From NCBI GenBank assembly GCA_951406725.2, contig OX597818.1, forward strand, positions 111,910,001-111,974,000: 64,000 nt of DNA, in the 5' to 3' direction. A program made the translations under genes and the position numbers. The stretch comes from Octopus vulgaris (lineage: Eukaryota). The notes beneath the pieces are model-generated. The model did no database searches, had not been told where the DNA came from, and saw only the letters and a program-made list of their open reading frames with translations. Positions 1 through 13,462 of the stretch are shown piece after piece. Position 1 is the first letter of the stretch. The number at the start of each line of letters is the position of its first letter.

Positions 1-111
1 ATATACATCAATACTTGTACACACATACGTGTGCGTGCATCTACAAGCGGGCACACATGTGTAGGCACATGGGCGTACGTACGTATATATGTATGTGTGT
101 ATAATGTATGC

Positions 112-189
<78 letters not shown>

Positions 190-190
<1 letters not shown>

Positions 191-285
191 CGCAGATGTG
201 GCTCTGTGACAAGATATTCGCCTCCGAACCATATATTTCTGGTTTCGGTCACACTGTGTATCACCTTGGGCAAGTGTTTTCGACT
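190..285 (+). mobile_element. SINE family A, degenerate 5' (tRNA-like head) fragment
   Basis: cgcagatgtggctctgtg...caccttgggcaagtgttttc aligns by eye to the head of the full copy at 19778. Confidence 0.6.
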
Positions 286-416
286 ATTCGACAATGCTCC
301 CCACCCCGGGCCAAGTTAAAACTGAAACAAGTCCATCTTTGCATATTTTTGTAGGTCGTTATCATTCATACCAGTAATTCCTGACGAGGAATCTAAGAAT
401 TTCGGCCCTCACATCT

Positions 417-542
<126 letters not shown>

Positions 543-669
543 GAAAAATAAAATATCGCAATACAAATGTATTACTTTCCAGTAAAATAAGGCACCGTAA
601 AGGCTGAAGTATAAATGTATAAATGTATCGGCTGCTATTTCCAGTAAACATTGGTGCTTTGTCACACCA

Positions 670-755
<86 letters not shown>

Positions 756-766
756 TATATACATAC

Positions 767-818
<52 letters not shown>

Positions 819-889
819 GTGTATATATATATATACACATGTGTATCTACGCATGTATATATAACTATGTGAGACTGAGTTTATGATTG

Positions 890-1055
890 CCCCCCTTTAT
901 CACTTGACTGGTATAGCTTAGCATTTCGTGGGGAAAGACACGAATAGAATAAGTACTCGGTAGAAAAAAATGTATTGTTGCAGATTTGTTGGAATAAAAC
1001 ACTTCAAGATATTGCTTCGGTATGGCCGCTGTCCAGTGACTGAAACAAACAGAAA
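890..1055 (+). mobile_element. SINE family A, degenerate 3' fragment
   Basis: tagaataagtact...tatggccgctgtccagtgactgaaacaa matches the tail of 19778-20225. Confidence 0.65.
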
Positions 1056-2892
1056 ATTATATATATATGTGTGTGTGCGTGTCTATGTATATTACAGTTT
1101 TGAATTAAAAACACAACTTTGAGGGCTAAAAAAAGACCACTGACTACCACACAACTAAGTGAAACGAATCGTGTCTACCGGGAATTGTTAAGAGGATGCT
1201 GTAAGCTTTCGGAGACATTTGGTATATATGTCTAACATTTCTGTGGCATTGTAGACGATTTGTTATTGATTTAAAGATAATTGTACAACTTTTCAAGATG
1301 GCTGCTGTCTTTCCTTGGAAATAATTTGCTTTTGATTAAAAGATAAATAAATAAAAACTACCCAGTGTGGTGAAGGCTCCAAGTTAGACGAGTCTCTTGT
1401 TCAAATCTTACTGAATGGTGTTTGGAGCTTTGATAACCAACAACAGAATAGACTATTCGTGAAGTTTGTCGCCACAATACGCTCCTAACACTATATCATC
1501 AATGTGAGAAAGATCCTCGGGGAGAATAACCTCATGACTTACAGCTTTGTGTGAATTTAAAAAAAAGGTTGAACAAACTGCCATTTTTGATACTGCCATC
1601 TCCACTTTCTCTCTTGTATCCATCAAATTTCAAAACCGAATTCAATCGAAATGACATATAAATAACAATATAACTGTATGACTGTATGTACTGTATATTT
1701 CGAATTGTTTTTGAACATGGTGAAATAGGAAAGACAAGATACACATTCCCCAACGCCTTACGTGTCAACTCAAAAACTAACTGAACAAAAACACTTTTAA
1801 AAGATAAGTTATAGACAACTATTTGATAAAAACTGTTCTGTCACCAACTCCAGTTTCTAATAATTCATCACGAGAAGTTCGTCTTCATATCTTGTTAATG
1901 TATTATTTACCATTTTCTACCGATATTTTAATTTTGTTCTCTCTCTTTTATTTGCGCTTTTTATGTAGTAGGTCGTATATATATATATTTTTTCTTTTCT
2001 ATTCATTCCTTAAAACTGAATGAATAGCATTTACATTTTACTGATTTTCACTTTATATTTATGTATTTATATCTTTATATATTTATGTATTATGTATTCA
2101 TATTTATATATTATTATTTTGTTTCTGTTTACGGTTTTCTTAGTGTGAGAATAAGAAAACAATTTGTCAAGAAATGCGTTTCTTCGCTTAGGAAAAAAAT
2201 CGATTCTGCATAATGCCGATAATGATTATGATAATGGTGATTATTGTAATAAAGATAGTGCTACTGATGATAGTAAGAATTACAATAGTATCTTCTGTTT
2301 TTTCTTTTATTATTCTTTATTTACTAAGTCTCTGCTGCTATATATACTGCTGCTACTAATAAGAAGAAAATAACTTAATTTGTTTAGACTTAAGTATACA
2401 GTAAAGAATATGTTGGTGATATAAAGATAATAACAGTAGAGATAATATATATAATATTAATAATAATGAAGCTGGTAATGGTTTCTTTTATGTTTTTAAT
2501 GACTACTTTTGTTTTTAATGATAATAATAATCATTTCTACAAAAGCGCAAGGCCATAAATCTGGAGGAAGGGGTTAGGCGATTAAATCAGCTTCTGTACT
2601 TAACAAGACCGACTCCTGCAATTTTGTTAAGTAATTACAGCTTAAGAGATTCTGCCTGGTTTGCTGTCTTTTAAATAATGATAATAACGATGCTTTCCAA
2701 GTTTGGCACAGGGCCAGTTCTAGGAGCGGAATTTCGTCGATTATATCGACCACAGAGATTTTTATTGTATCGACCGCGAAAGGATGAAAGGCAAAGTCAA
2801 CTTGAATGATATTTGAACTGGAAAAGAACCGGAAGAAATACATCTATGAATTTTGTCCGTTGTGCTATCTGAATGCTCAACATTTTAAACAT

Positions 2893-3110
2893 GTTTCCTA
2901 ATATAGATACAAGGGCTGAAATTTTTTTTAAGGGAAGGGGCCGAGACGATTACATCGATGCCAGTGTTAACTGGTACATATTTTATCGATCCCGAAAAGA
3001 TGGAAGTCAAAATCGACGCCAGAGGAATTCGAACAGAGAGCATATAAACGAACGGAAAACCGCTGAGCATTTTGCCCGGCGTGCTAACAATTATGCCAGT
3101 TCGTCGCCTT
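2893..3110 (-). mobile_element. SINE family B, older variant; more degenerate pieces at about 2540-2870
   Basis: ctggtacatattttatcgatcccgaaaagatg...gcattttgcccggcgtgctaac...tcgtcgcc is the reverse complement of the B head and core. Confidence 0.8.
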
Positions 3111-3219
3111 TCGCCACCTTTATATAAATAGCTTCTAGGTCTCTGAAAATATCATATTTCTAAGGAAGAAACGGAACTGTCGCACGATCGAACTTCCAGT
3201 AACTTACTGACCTATAATG

Positions 3220-3780
3220 CGGTGTTTTTCAACCTTTTTTTATCCTTGCGTAAACCTTAAAATAAATTACGTCTCAAGGAACCCCTGCACCAAAAAGATT
3301 ATATATACCATACCTTTGTATATGTGTGTGTATTATATATATATGCATATATATATATAAATAGATAGATAGATGGATAGATAGATATACGTATGCATAT
3401 ATGGGTACAGGACGTCACCAACAGCAAACAACGAAAGAAGCAAATGGAAAGCAGGACAAGTAACATAAGGAACGACCCTTCATCAGTTGTCGGCTGTCTC
3501 TCTACTCCTCATTTCGAGCATTGAAGGACAATATGAGTCTTCGAAGACAGTTGCTCCCATATGTAACAAAATAAAATTTTGGATTTATGGAGGATCAAGT
3601 TGTTATATTTTATTGATAACATAATAAGTTAAATAGGATGATATCTATATTGCAATATTATAATAACCAATCATATGTTGTGCATGTATGGTGATATTAC
3701 GATCATGAAATTAGCACTAGCTTATCTCACTCCTTCTCGCTGAAACCTAGGGTTCCGGGGAACCCTGCTTGAAAACGCTG
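3220..3780. mobile_element. hAT (Charlie-like) MITE with nested repeats
   Basis: Imperfect TIRs cggtgtttttcaacc / cttgaaaacgctg, flanked by 8-bp near-duplication ctataatg (3212-3219) / ctataatt (3781-3788). An 8-bp TSD is typical of hAT. Confidence 0.75.
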
Positions 3781-4324
3781 CTATAATTTGCCCCATGGCA
3801 ATAATATTCTATGTCGTATATTGGATTAATTGCAACTAGAAAACAAATTAGTGACAAATAAATCAAATGCTTCTATATAAGGTTAAAGGCCAACAATGGT
3901 GATGGTAGGGTGACAGTGGATTAGAGTGGAGACACCTGAGTCGGACATTGTTTCATTGTCTTCTAAAGAATACGAAGCTGCTTTATTTCGAAGAGATTTG
4001 AAATGAGAAAATTAAAAAGCTAAAGGAATACTGTAAAGAATTTTGTCGGACGCTCAACCGCTTCTGGCTTTTATTTATTCGTTTCTGATTTTGGTAGAGG
4101 ATCACTGCGACGTGAATTGACATGCTTTATATCACAACCAATATCTTTATCAATCATTCGCTGACAATATGTTTTAATTTGCCACCCCAACCTTGAAATA
4201 TACTTTAAATTTCAAACTTGATCAATTCCATAATGGAAGAACTACTGAGTAAACTTTAAAAAGAAGAAGATTTTTCGAAACTCAAGTATATAGTATTATT
4301 ACTTACACACATATATATATGTAA

Positions 4325-4510
4325 TTTTTGGATTTGGTTTGCAAGATTCTTTATGTGAGTTCGTGTGTTGAAGCATATTCTGCTGCGTCTGTGGAGCGTC
4401 ATTCTCTTTTGGTGCCTTATTACTTAACACACACACCGGTAAATTTTATTTCTTAAATTATTTTTTCTAAAATCTTCGTTGCGTCTTGCAAACTTTTCAG
4501 TAGTTTTGAC

Positions 4511-4512
<2 letters not shown>
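4325..4512 (-). mobile_element. Penelope-like pLTR fragment with degenerate hammerhead motif (4467-4503)
   Basis: Homologous to 11072-11339 and lies between (TA)n runs. Minus strand reads cta-CTGAAAA-g-tttgc-aagac-gcaac-GAAg-attt-tag. Confidence 0.6.
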
Positions 4513-4557
<45 letters not shown>

Positions 4558-4590
4558 AGGTTTGGAGATGATGTACAGGTATTTAAAAAA

Positions 4591-4719
4591 GAAGAAATGA
4601 GGTACTCAGAAAATCTCAGAAAACATGATCTAAGTTATATGATGTATAAAAACATGTAATATTCAAATAAATATCTGTAAATATAAAACCTTCCGATTTT
4701 CTGAGTACCTCATTTCTTC
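4591..4719. repeat. Fold-back element with 25-bp perfect inverted repeat
   Basis: gaagaaatgaggtactcagaaaatc (4591-4615) and gattttctgagtacctcatttcttc (4695-4719), set in an (AT)n-flanked block. Confidence 0.85.
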
Positions 4720-5274
4720 ATATATATATATACATATATATATATACATATATACATATGTATACATATACATATATACATATATACATATGTATATATA
4801 TATACATATGTACACATGTATATATATATATACATTTATATATATATATATTCATGCATGTTATATATATACACATACATATAAGGGACATGTCACCTAG
4901 GTAGGCGCAAGGTAAGCAGTGCCTACTTTGAATAAAATACATCGATAGCAACATTTTCCTTTTATGGCGAAATATGCACCTAATTCAATAAAATTATGAT
5001 TACTATACCTAAAATGCAAAATATTTTATTTTTTTGTAGATTAGGTAGGCATAATTCGCTTCGGCCTTCCAATCTCAGTTTTTAAGCTACGCCTAGAACT
5101 GCTGTAGCACACGTACTGTGTACACTCCTACAACATCGTTTTCTTTACTTGCTCTAAAGACAGAAATTAGTCTGCTTTCAACTTAGTTGTGCGGCTGCTT
5201 CGCATATATTTTGTGTGTTTTACTGCATAATGATCACCAACTGACTACCCTGAGTAATTACTAACGGCATGTGC

Positions 5275-5341
<67 letters not shown>

Positions 5342-5539
5342 CTATGTATGTATATGTGTGCGTGTATTGAAAGAGAGGACATTGTTTGTTTGACTGGTTT
5401 CTATATACATTAACTACGTCAACCGTACGTTATTATTAGAGTTATTATTTCAGATATGGAATATATTTAATAAATAATATTTTTTTTATACCTTCCAAAC
5501 CAAAGACTAACATTTCCTATTTCGGAATCATCGCCACCG

Positions 5540-5708
5540 CCTTCCTTCTTCTTCTTCTTCTTCTTCTTCTTCTTCTTCTTCTTCTTCTTCTTCTTCTTCT
5601 TCTTCTTCTTCTTCTTCTTCTTCTTCTTCTTCTTCTTCTTCTTCTTCTTCTTCTTCTTCTTCTTCTTCTTCTTCTTCTTCTTCTTCTTCTTCTTCTTCTT
5701 CTTCTTCT
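5540..5708. repeat. Long pure (CTT)n tract
   Basis: About 55 units; source of the poly-K and poly-E ORFs. Confidence 0.97.
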
Positions 5709-6425
5709 CCTTCTCCTTCTCCTCCTCCTCCTCCAGCACCCCTCCCCTTCCCCCCCTTGTCCCCCTCCGTTTCCATGTAAATAATGGCATGTATCCTGTA
5801 CGTAGTGCTTTGTCTTTGTTTTATCGTCTATACATCATTAGTTATTTGCAATAATATTGTCAAAACTTGATGTAGCCAAGATTTATTGTCCAAATATTGA
5901 TTTGAATTATGAAACAAACATCTAGTGTTATGTATATCTTTATTAATACGCATCTGAGCTCTGCCGTTGATGTTTCATCTTTCCTCGCTGTTCTCTTTCA
6001 GCTTCTTTCGTTTAAGCATGTAAAAGACGGAACCCATAGCGAAGAGATCTGCCTGTAACCAAGTATAGGAAACAAGTAGCCCAGTCGGCTGTATTTTTGA
6101 TCAAATCATATTGAAAGTCGATATCTGCAACGATTGAACCTGGCATTAGTGATTTCGGATTAATCCCGCCAGTTCATCTTATCTTGGTTAAACTTGGAAT
6201 CGTATGCACATATCGAGGGTAAGTATAAGATTTACTTCAAATAAACACAGATGTAACCTGGAAGATTTATTTCATCTTAACTCATAAAACTTAACTCGCC
6301 ACCGTGCTTTATAAGAAGTAGAAATAGTAGCAGTAGTCGTAGTAGTAGTAGTGGTGGTGGTAGTAGTAATAGTAGTAGTAGTAGAAGTAGTAGTAGTAGT
6401 AGTAGTGGTGGTGGTGGTGGTGGTG

Positions 6426-6461
<36 letters not shown>

Positions 6462-6520
6462 GTAAGTAGTAGTAGTAGTAGTAAGTAGTAGCAGTAGTAG
6501 TACTAGTTGTTGTTGTTGTT

Positions 6521-6713
6521 AGGCAACAAGACGGATAAGGGGGATTAGGTGATGGTCTAGGGCTTAGAAGCGGGAGACCCCAGACCTTGAAAAAAAAAAC
6601 TTTGGTCGTCTTGTTGTAGTCGAGGGCTCTTCGTTGACGCCCGACAGCACTGGGAGGTGCCCCTCGAAGTCGCTGGAAATGGAGATCTCCAGGTTCGAAT
6701 TTTTGAACGGCTG
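6521..6713. mobile_element. About 190-bp structured interspersed repeat, copy 1 (copy 2 at 48230-48423)
   Basis: The two copies align end to end; each is preceded by (TTG)n and followed by trinucleotide repeats. Confidence 0.85.
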
Positions 6714-8039
6714 GTAGTAGTTGTGGTGGTGGTATATGAAACCCGGTTCAGGCTAGTACCAAGATGATGGGCTGGTTACTTGAAATAGGGGTAGTTTGAG
6801 GTCGGTACTCAACATTCAAGAACCCTCAGTCAATTGAATTTTGGTGTCACAGCGTGAAAGCATTGATTAGATAAGGGGAACACAACTCGAAGGTTTAATA
6901 CCGGCTGTTTCCCGTGTCTGGCCGTATTCCGGATTCCACTCAGCTCATTTTTACGAATGGTTACATGAACAGGGAAGTCAAACGCATCAGTAATATCAAA
7001 CAAAATACCTTGTGACATGTAGTTGCCTCCCTTCATATTTTGAGATCAAATCGTCATGAGATTGTGTTTCTATTTCAATGCCAGTAAAATGCACACAGTC
7101 ACCAATTTACAACATTGTGTTAAAGTAAGTAAGGAAAGAGAATGGATCTCCGTCGGTTTCGATGACTATTTCTTGGGTGTTTGATAATCTGAATTAAATA
7201 AACGTGTACATGACTGGACGTTACACCGTTACGTCTACACTAAACATAATTTTCAGGAGGAAACAAATTGCCACAACCGGAAGTAAGCCTGGATTTCAAA
7301 TTACTGATACAATCCATTCGACAAGCTTCCTCTCAGTTTCCCTCAATCCAGTTTCAATGACAAGGCGTGGGTGAATCCAGGGCAATGCAATAAGAAGATT
7401 ACGCAAGATGTCACGCCTAACGAACTTCATTGTATAGTAATGTTGAGAATATTTGTGCTAATGCGAATAATCGTTAGACACATTATTGATGGAGTTTATA
7501 ATTACGACTAATTATTGCCTTTCAACTGATTAATCAAACAGCTTAATCTATTATACTCGTATACTTCGGCATACGAAATTTAAAGGACAGGCAGTAGCTG
7601 TTAGTATTTATGTGCAACCTAGTATAAATCAAGACTCGGTGGTGAAGGCCTGGCTCCCACCCAGAACCTGGTTTACTAGGAGAGAAGGTTGCGTGGGCTC
7701 TCAGCAGGATTAATAACATTATTTGTTAATGAGCAGCAGTAATTTTCACAGGGGAATAAATGGCCAAACATACATGGGCGAGTGGAGGGGCAAACAGTTT
7801 ATTTGTCACGATCCTAAAAAAAAAAATGAGAATCAATGTAAAAAGCTGGAGACAGAATATAACTCTTACTTATACATTGAATAGAAATAGAAGAAAAAAA
7901 TGTTATGTTTCAATGTTCTCAAGACAAGACCGTCTTCGAGGAAAAATAGGAAGGAACAGGAGGAAATTGTAAAACAGTTTCGTGTGGACGACAGTACGAT
8001 AAGAATCACACGGTTGCAATTTTTGAATAGAATACAACG

Positions 8040-8123
<84 letters not shown>

Positions 8124-8124
8124 C

Positions 8125-8170
<46 letters not shown>

Positions 8171-8817
8171 ATTCTCCCCGTCTGTCTGTATATATAATGT
8201 GTATTCATATATCATATATGTGCCTACGTGTGTGTGTGTATGCATGCACAAATTCTCTCTCTCTCTCTCTTTCACATAGTATATAAATATATGTATGTAT
8301 GTCTATATATATATATTACATGTATATATATATATATGGAGAGGTTGACTTTTATTGAATTTATTTCATCCATAACTTCTAAAGGGTTCTAAAGGGCGAT
8401 CTCTAACAAAGATTCTTCATATTTAGCTGGTAAGATTTTTGCGAATATGAAATTATTATTCCATGTTTATGGTGTGTTATAAGAATTTATGGAAAGCTAT
8501 CCCATAGAAACTCAACAAGTGTGTTAAAAATGGAGAAGAGATGGTGAAATATATAAAGAATTTTAATACATGCATACGATATTAACATGTAAATAACATG
8601 GTAGAATAATTAGAATTAATTTGATTAAATTAAATTAATTACATATCACCGTTCTCGTCAGTGCAAAAATTGTACAACAGGAATTATAATTATTGCAGAA
8701 AACTTGACGAGGGAAATGGCTGATAACAAAATTCGGAAATACATATTTTATCCATATGAAAAATTGCGAGGATAGCAAAGAAGGTTGCTGAATCTAGTTG
8801 TGTATAAACTAAAACTC

Positions 8818-8902
<85 letters not shown>

Positions 8903-8988
8903 TGTATGTATGTATGTATGTATGTATGTATGCATGTATCTATCTATCTATCTATCTATCCATCTCTCTCTCTCTCTCTCTCTCTCTT

Positions 8989-9038
<50 letters not shown>

Positions 9039-9692
9039 TATATGTGTGGTATGTATGTATGTGTGTATGTGCGTGTGTCTATACAATTTCATCTATTATC
9101 CTAATAAGAAGTGGGATATATTTAAATTTACCAATTATGGAAATCAAAAGGAAGCCTCTATGTTATTTATCAACTTTGTTATTTGCACCATTTGCCAGCT
9201 TCCTGTACAGGATGTTAAATTATTTATGGCAGCCTACATATGAGTAGTCATGGCTACGGAATAATAATCGGAAATTGAACGCCAAAATATTTCCAAGAAC
9301 ACAAGATATTGAACACCGATATGGCGTGTTTCGAATTATGCCTAACTTACGTTTATAAGCCTTCATCATACGGAAGATGGTAGCGAGTGAGAAGCCAGGG
9401 GTGGTAAATAAGATTTTACCGCGTGTATGTATGTATGCTTGTATGTATTGATGGATGTGCGTACGTGTGTATGTATATGTGCATGCACTTATGTTTGCAT
9501 GTATGGGTGCATGTATGTATGTAAGTATGTATGCATGTGTGTATGTATGTATGCATGTATGTATGTACGTATGTATGTATGTATGCATGTGTTTATGTAT
9601 GTATGTGTGTATGTATGTATGTATGAGTGTATGTATGTGTGTATGTATGTATGTTTGAAGGTATGTATGTGTGTATGTATGTATGCCTTCTG

Positions 9693-9895
9693 TTATTCTT
9701 TTATTCTTTTACTTGTTTCAGTAATTTGACTGCGGCCATGCTGGAGCACCGCCTTTAGTCGAACAAATCGACCCCAGGACTTATTCTTTGTAAGCCTGGT
9801 ACTTATTCTATCGGTCTCTTTTGCAGAACCGCTAGGGTACGGGGACGTAAGTACACCAACAGCCGATAGTAGGGGCACAAACACAGACGCACACA
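9693..9895 (-). mobile_element. SINE family A, 3' half
   Basis: ttttacttgtttcagtaatttgactgcggccatgctggagcaccgcctttagtcg is the reverse complement of the A tail. Confidence 0.9.
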
Positions 9896-10156
9896 CAAGC
9901 GATATTAGGGGCACGCTTTATTTAATAACATTATAGAAAAGAATGGTTATTTTTATTCTCCCTGACATTTTTTGATATATAAAATTATCTGTTACTATAT
10001 ATGTTTTTTATAAACATAAATCTGTCCTCAAATATCTTACGCACCCTGTATATTTATTTACATATATGCATATGTGTATATATATGTATATATATATATA
10101 TATATATATAGCAATAATAATTCTCTAAATGAGATATAGACAGTGACTGCTCCGTA

Positions 10157-10257
10157 ATATAAGGGATATTAGCCAACCGAATATGGCTAGGGACAGGGCA
10201 ACAGTGACACCCCCACCACCCTGCCCTGTCCCTAGCCATGTTCGGTTGGCTAATATC

Positions 10258-10265
<8 letters not shown>
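10157..10265. repeat. 44-bp-arm hairpin with 21-nt loop, abutting an (AT)n tract
   Basis: Arms 10157-10200 and 10222-10265 are complementary except for one T-G position. Confidence 0.9.
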
Positions 10266-10356
<91 letters not shown>

Positions 10357-10418
10357 TGTACACATATATAGATGTACATATACATGTGTTTGTGTGTGTA
10401 TGTATATATATATATATA

Positions 10419-10723
<305 letters not shown>

Positions 10724-10778
10724 CATATACATATATATATACAGCCACCCACCCACTTGCACACACAAATATTAAGAA

Positions 10779-11022
10779 CATAAATTGATTTATGCAGCCA
10801 CCATGATTGGGTTTTTGTGGTTTGTCAGTTTTCCCTGAATCGTTTCTATCTGTGATAAAGATATCGAAGAGAAATCAATGGATCATCAAACAATAAAAAG
10901 ATACGCGCATAGTCGTTTATATCACCATCTTGGCAGTGTTTGCGTTATGTCATGCGCCATATTGTGCAGAAAGCATTTTAAATTTTAAGGTAGTGATTTG
11001 CTTCCCTGGATATGTTCGATGA
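10779..11022 (+). pseudogene. Probable decayed class A GPCR fragment (TM5-ICL3-TM6)
   Basis: 10900-11019 reads DTRIVVYITILAVFALCHAPYCAESILNFKVVICFPGYVR, an FxxCxxP-Y TM6-like motif. Upstream are SFLSVIKISKRNQWIIKQ* and, after a frameshift, hydrophobic [16 protein letters not shown]. Stops are present. Confidence 0.45.
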
Positions 11023-11071
11023 GATAATTGAAGAATAAGACTAAGATATAAAAAGAAAATGTATTGTTACT

Positions 11072-11339
11072 TTTTAGTGCCTTTTAATGTAACACACTCA
11101 CCGGTACAATTTCCACTTATTTCTTATTTTTATTTTCCTAAAATTTTTGTTGCGTCTTGCAACCTTTTCAATAGTCTTGACTCGTAGGAAAATAAAAATA
11201 AGAAATAAGTGGAAATTTTACCGGTGAGTCTGTTACATTGTAAGGCACAAAAAGAAAATGACTCTCCCCAGACACAACAGAATATGCTTCAACACACGAA
11301 CTCATATAAAGAATCTTGCAAACCAAATCCAAAAACGAA
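11072..11339. mobile_element. Penelope-like inverted-pLTR element with 11-bp TSD
   Basis: TSD gtattgttact at 11061-11071 and 11340-11350. About 69-bp inverted arms at 11072-11140 / 11185-11253 with roughly 5 mismatches. Hammerhead-like motif in the loop (minus strand, 11138-11174). Confidence 0.8.
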
Positions 11340-12534
11340 GTATTGTTACTAATTTCTCAGAAAGAAGATGATAATAGAAGAAGTGAGTAATAATCAACAA
11401 GAAAAGCTTTGATTTTACTGCTTCAAATCATTTCTATTCCCAATATTATATGCAGTTGCTTGTGATGTGAATTCTGGATATAACAATAAGTAAAGATTGT
11501 GTTTATATTGAATTTGAAATAGAATAACACTTGCAGAAAGACGAGAAAGCTTATTATTACTACTCTACCTTATTTGCTTCAGGGATGAAACAGGTTTGCA
11601 AAATTTTAGCAGGTGTTTGTCATCATATCTACATCTGCTGAATAACTCTGATCTTTTACATGAATATTTTTGTATGCTTCTGATATAGATTCCCGTAATC
11701 CCTCCCTCCACAATGCATAAACAACACTACCTTGTGCCATTTTTGTGCATGGTCTGCTCGGCTCCTGTGTGTTCCATTACATCTGATAACCAATATTGTT
11801 CTCTTTTAACCAGCATATGCAACGAGAAAAGGCAATGTCTTTCTTAGCTGATATGCCTAAAGGAAGCAGGATTGTTTGTGCATGATTGCTTGGCCTTTCT
11901 CTCTGACATATTTATTATATACAGTCATCCATTTGAGTTGGCACAGGTAAATTTACCTTCACATAGTATTGCCACGCCACTGCAAGACTGTTTGAGGAAG
12001 CCAGCATTAATTTCCTTGCATATGCATCTCGTTTCTCTGTGTTATGACATTCTTTATAGAGGGTGTACAATAATAACTCAGTTTCGCATACGTATGTATG
12101 TTTGTAAGTATGCTTGCGTGTAAGCATTTATGTATGTACATACGGACAAGACAAACGTTGTGTGAGTGTGTGCACGTATATATTCCTCCATGTGCTTGTA
12201 TAAATATATAAATATGAATGATTGCATCTTTGTGTATTCAACCGCATAAGCAAGTAATGCAGCGTATGAAGCATTTTCGAGGAAGTGGTTTGTTACATTT
12301 CCGATGTTCTTACCTCGGAAGGATACATACATTATGCTTTTTCCTCTTAAATCAATAAATTCTATCATTCGCCGATGGACACCTCAGATTTCAAAATACG
12401 AGGCGAAAAAATTACTTTACGACCGACAGATATTTCATATGACAAGTACATAGACACGTAAATAGAAAATTGTTTTTGCTCTTCTTTTTTCTGTCTATAA
12501 CATGTTTATATAATATGTTTATTGCTTGTACAAC

Positions 12535-12564
12535 TTGGTAGACGGAAACTGAAAGAAGCCCATC

Positions 12565-12608
<44 letters not shown>

Positions 12609-12735
12609 GCGCGTGCGTGCGTGTGTGTGTGTGAGTGTGAGTATTTATGTGTGTGCCTTTGTGTCTGTGTTTGTCCCCCATCATCGCTTAGCAACCGATG
12701 TTGGTGTGATTACGTCTCCGTAAGTTAGCGGTTCG
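12535..12735 (+). mobile_element. SINE family A, internal fragment
   Basis: ttggtagacggaaactgaaagaagcc-(AT)n/(GT)n-gtttgtcccc...ttagcggttcg. Confidence 0.85.
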
Positions 12736-13062
12736 ACACTCGCATACATATACACATGTATATGTGTGTGTGTGGGTGTGGGTGTGCGTTAATACATGTT
12801 TGTCTATCTAGATATCTATATTGTTGACGTCATGACGTCAGAAAACGTGAAATAATTCGTTTCTGGAATGCTGGTCTCGAAGCACTTATATATAGGTATA
12901 AATAATAGCTTGGGTTTAACCCCCCCCCCAAAAAAAAAAAACACACTTTCGTATATAAAACATCAAAGGCTGCCCGTGGCATTCGAACCCACATTTGTAG
13001 ATGTGTTATGCAAACTTTTCCTGCCGTAGATGTGCTTCGAAACCAGTGTTCCAAAGGAGAAC

Positions 13063-13144
<82 letters not shown>

Positions 13145-13191
13145 GATATGAAAGAGTGTGTATCTGTGCGTGTGTCTATGTATCTATTACC

Positions 13192-13414
13192 TCTTATTTG
13201 GTTCATTCATTAGATTGCGGCCAAGCTGGGGCACCGCTTTGGAGAATTTTAGTCAAACAAATCAACCCTAATACATAATTTTCTTTCAAGCCTTGTACTT
13301 TTCTATCGGTTCTTTGGCCGAATCGTTAGGTTACGGGGGCGTAAACACACCAACACCGGATTTCATGCGATGAATGAGGACAAACACAAACATGCATACA
13401 TGCATATATATATA

Positions 13415-13462
<48 letters not shown>

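Noticed and set aside
376-412. ctgacgag hammerhead-like core
   Set aside because: No GAAA after a stem II and no stem I or III could be built.
1100-1770. Unique-looking DNA with a partial minus-strand frame (MDTREKVEMAVSK...)
   Set aside because: Multiple stops and no motif I can recognise; would need a translated search.
3470-3552. Minus-strand ctgatgaaggg and ctcgaaa motifs in a repeat
   Set aside because: The motifs are in the wrong order or too degenerate to form a hammerhead.
5467-5790. Poly-K and poly-E ORFs
   Set aside because: Translations of the (CTT)n tract.
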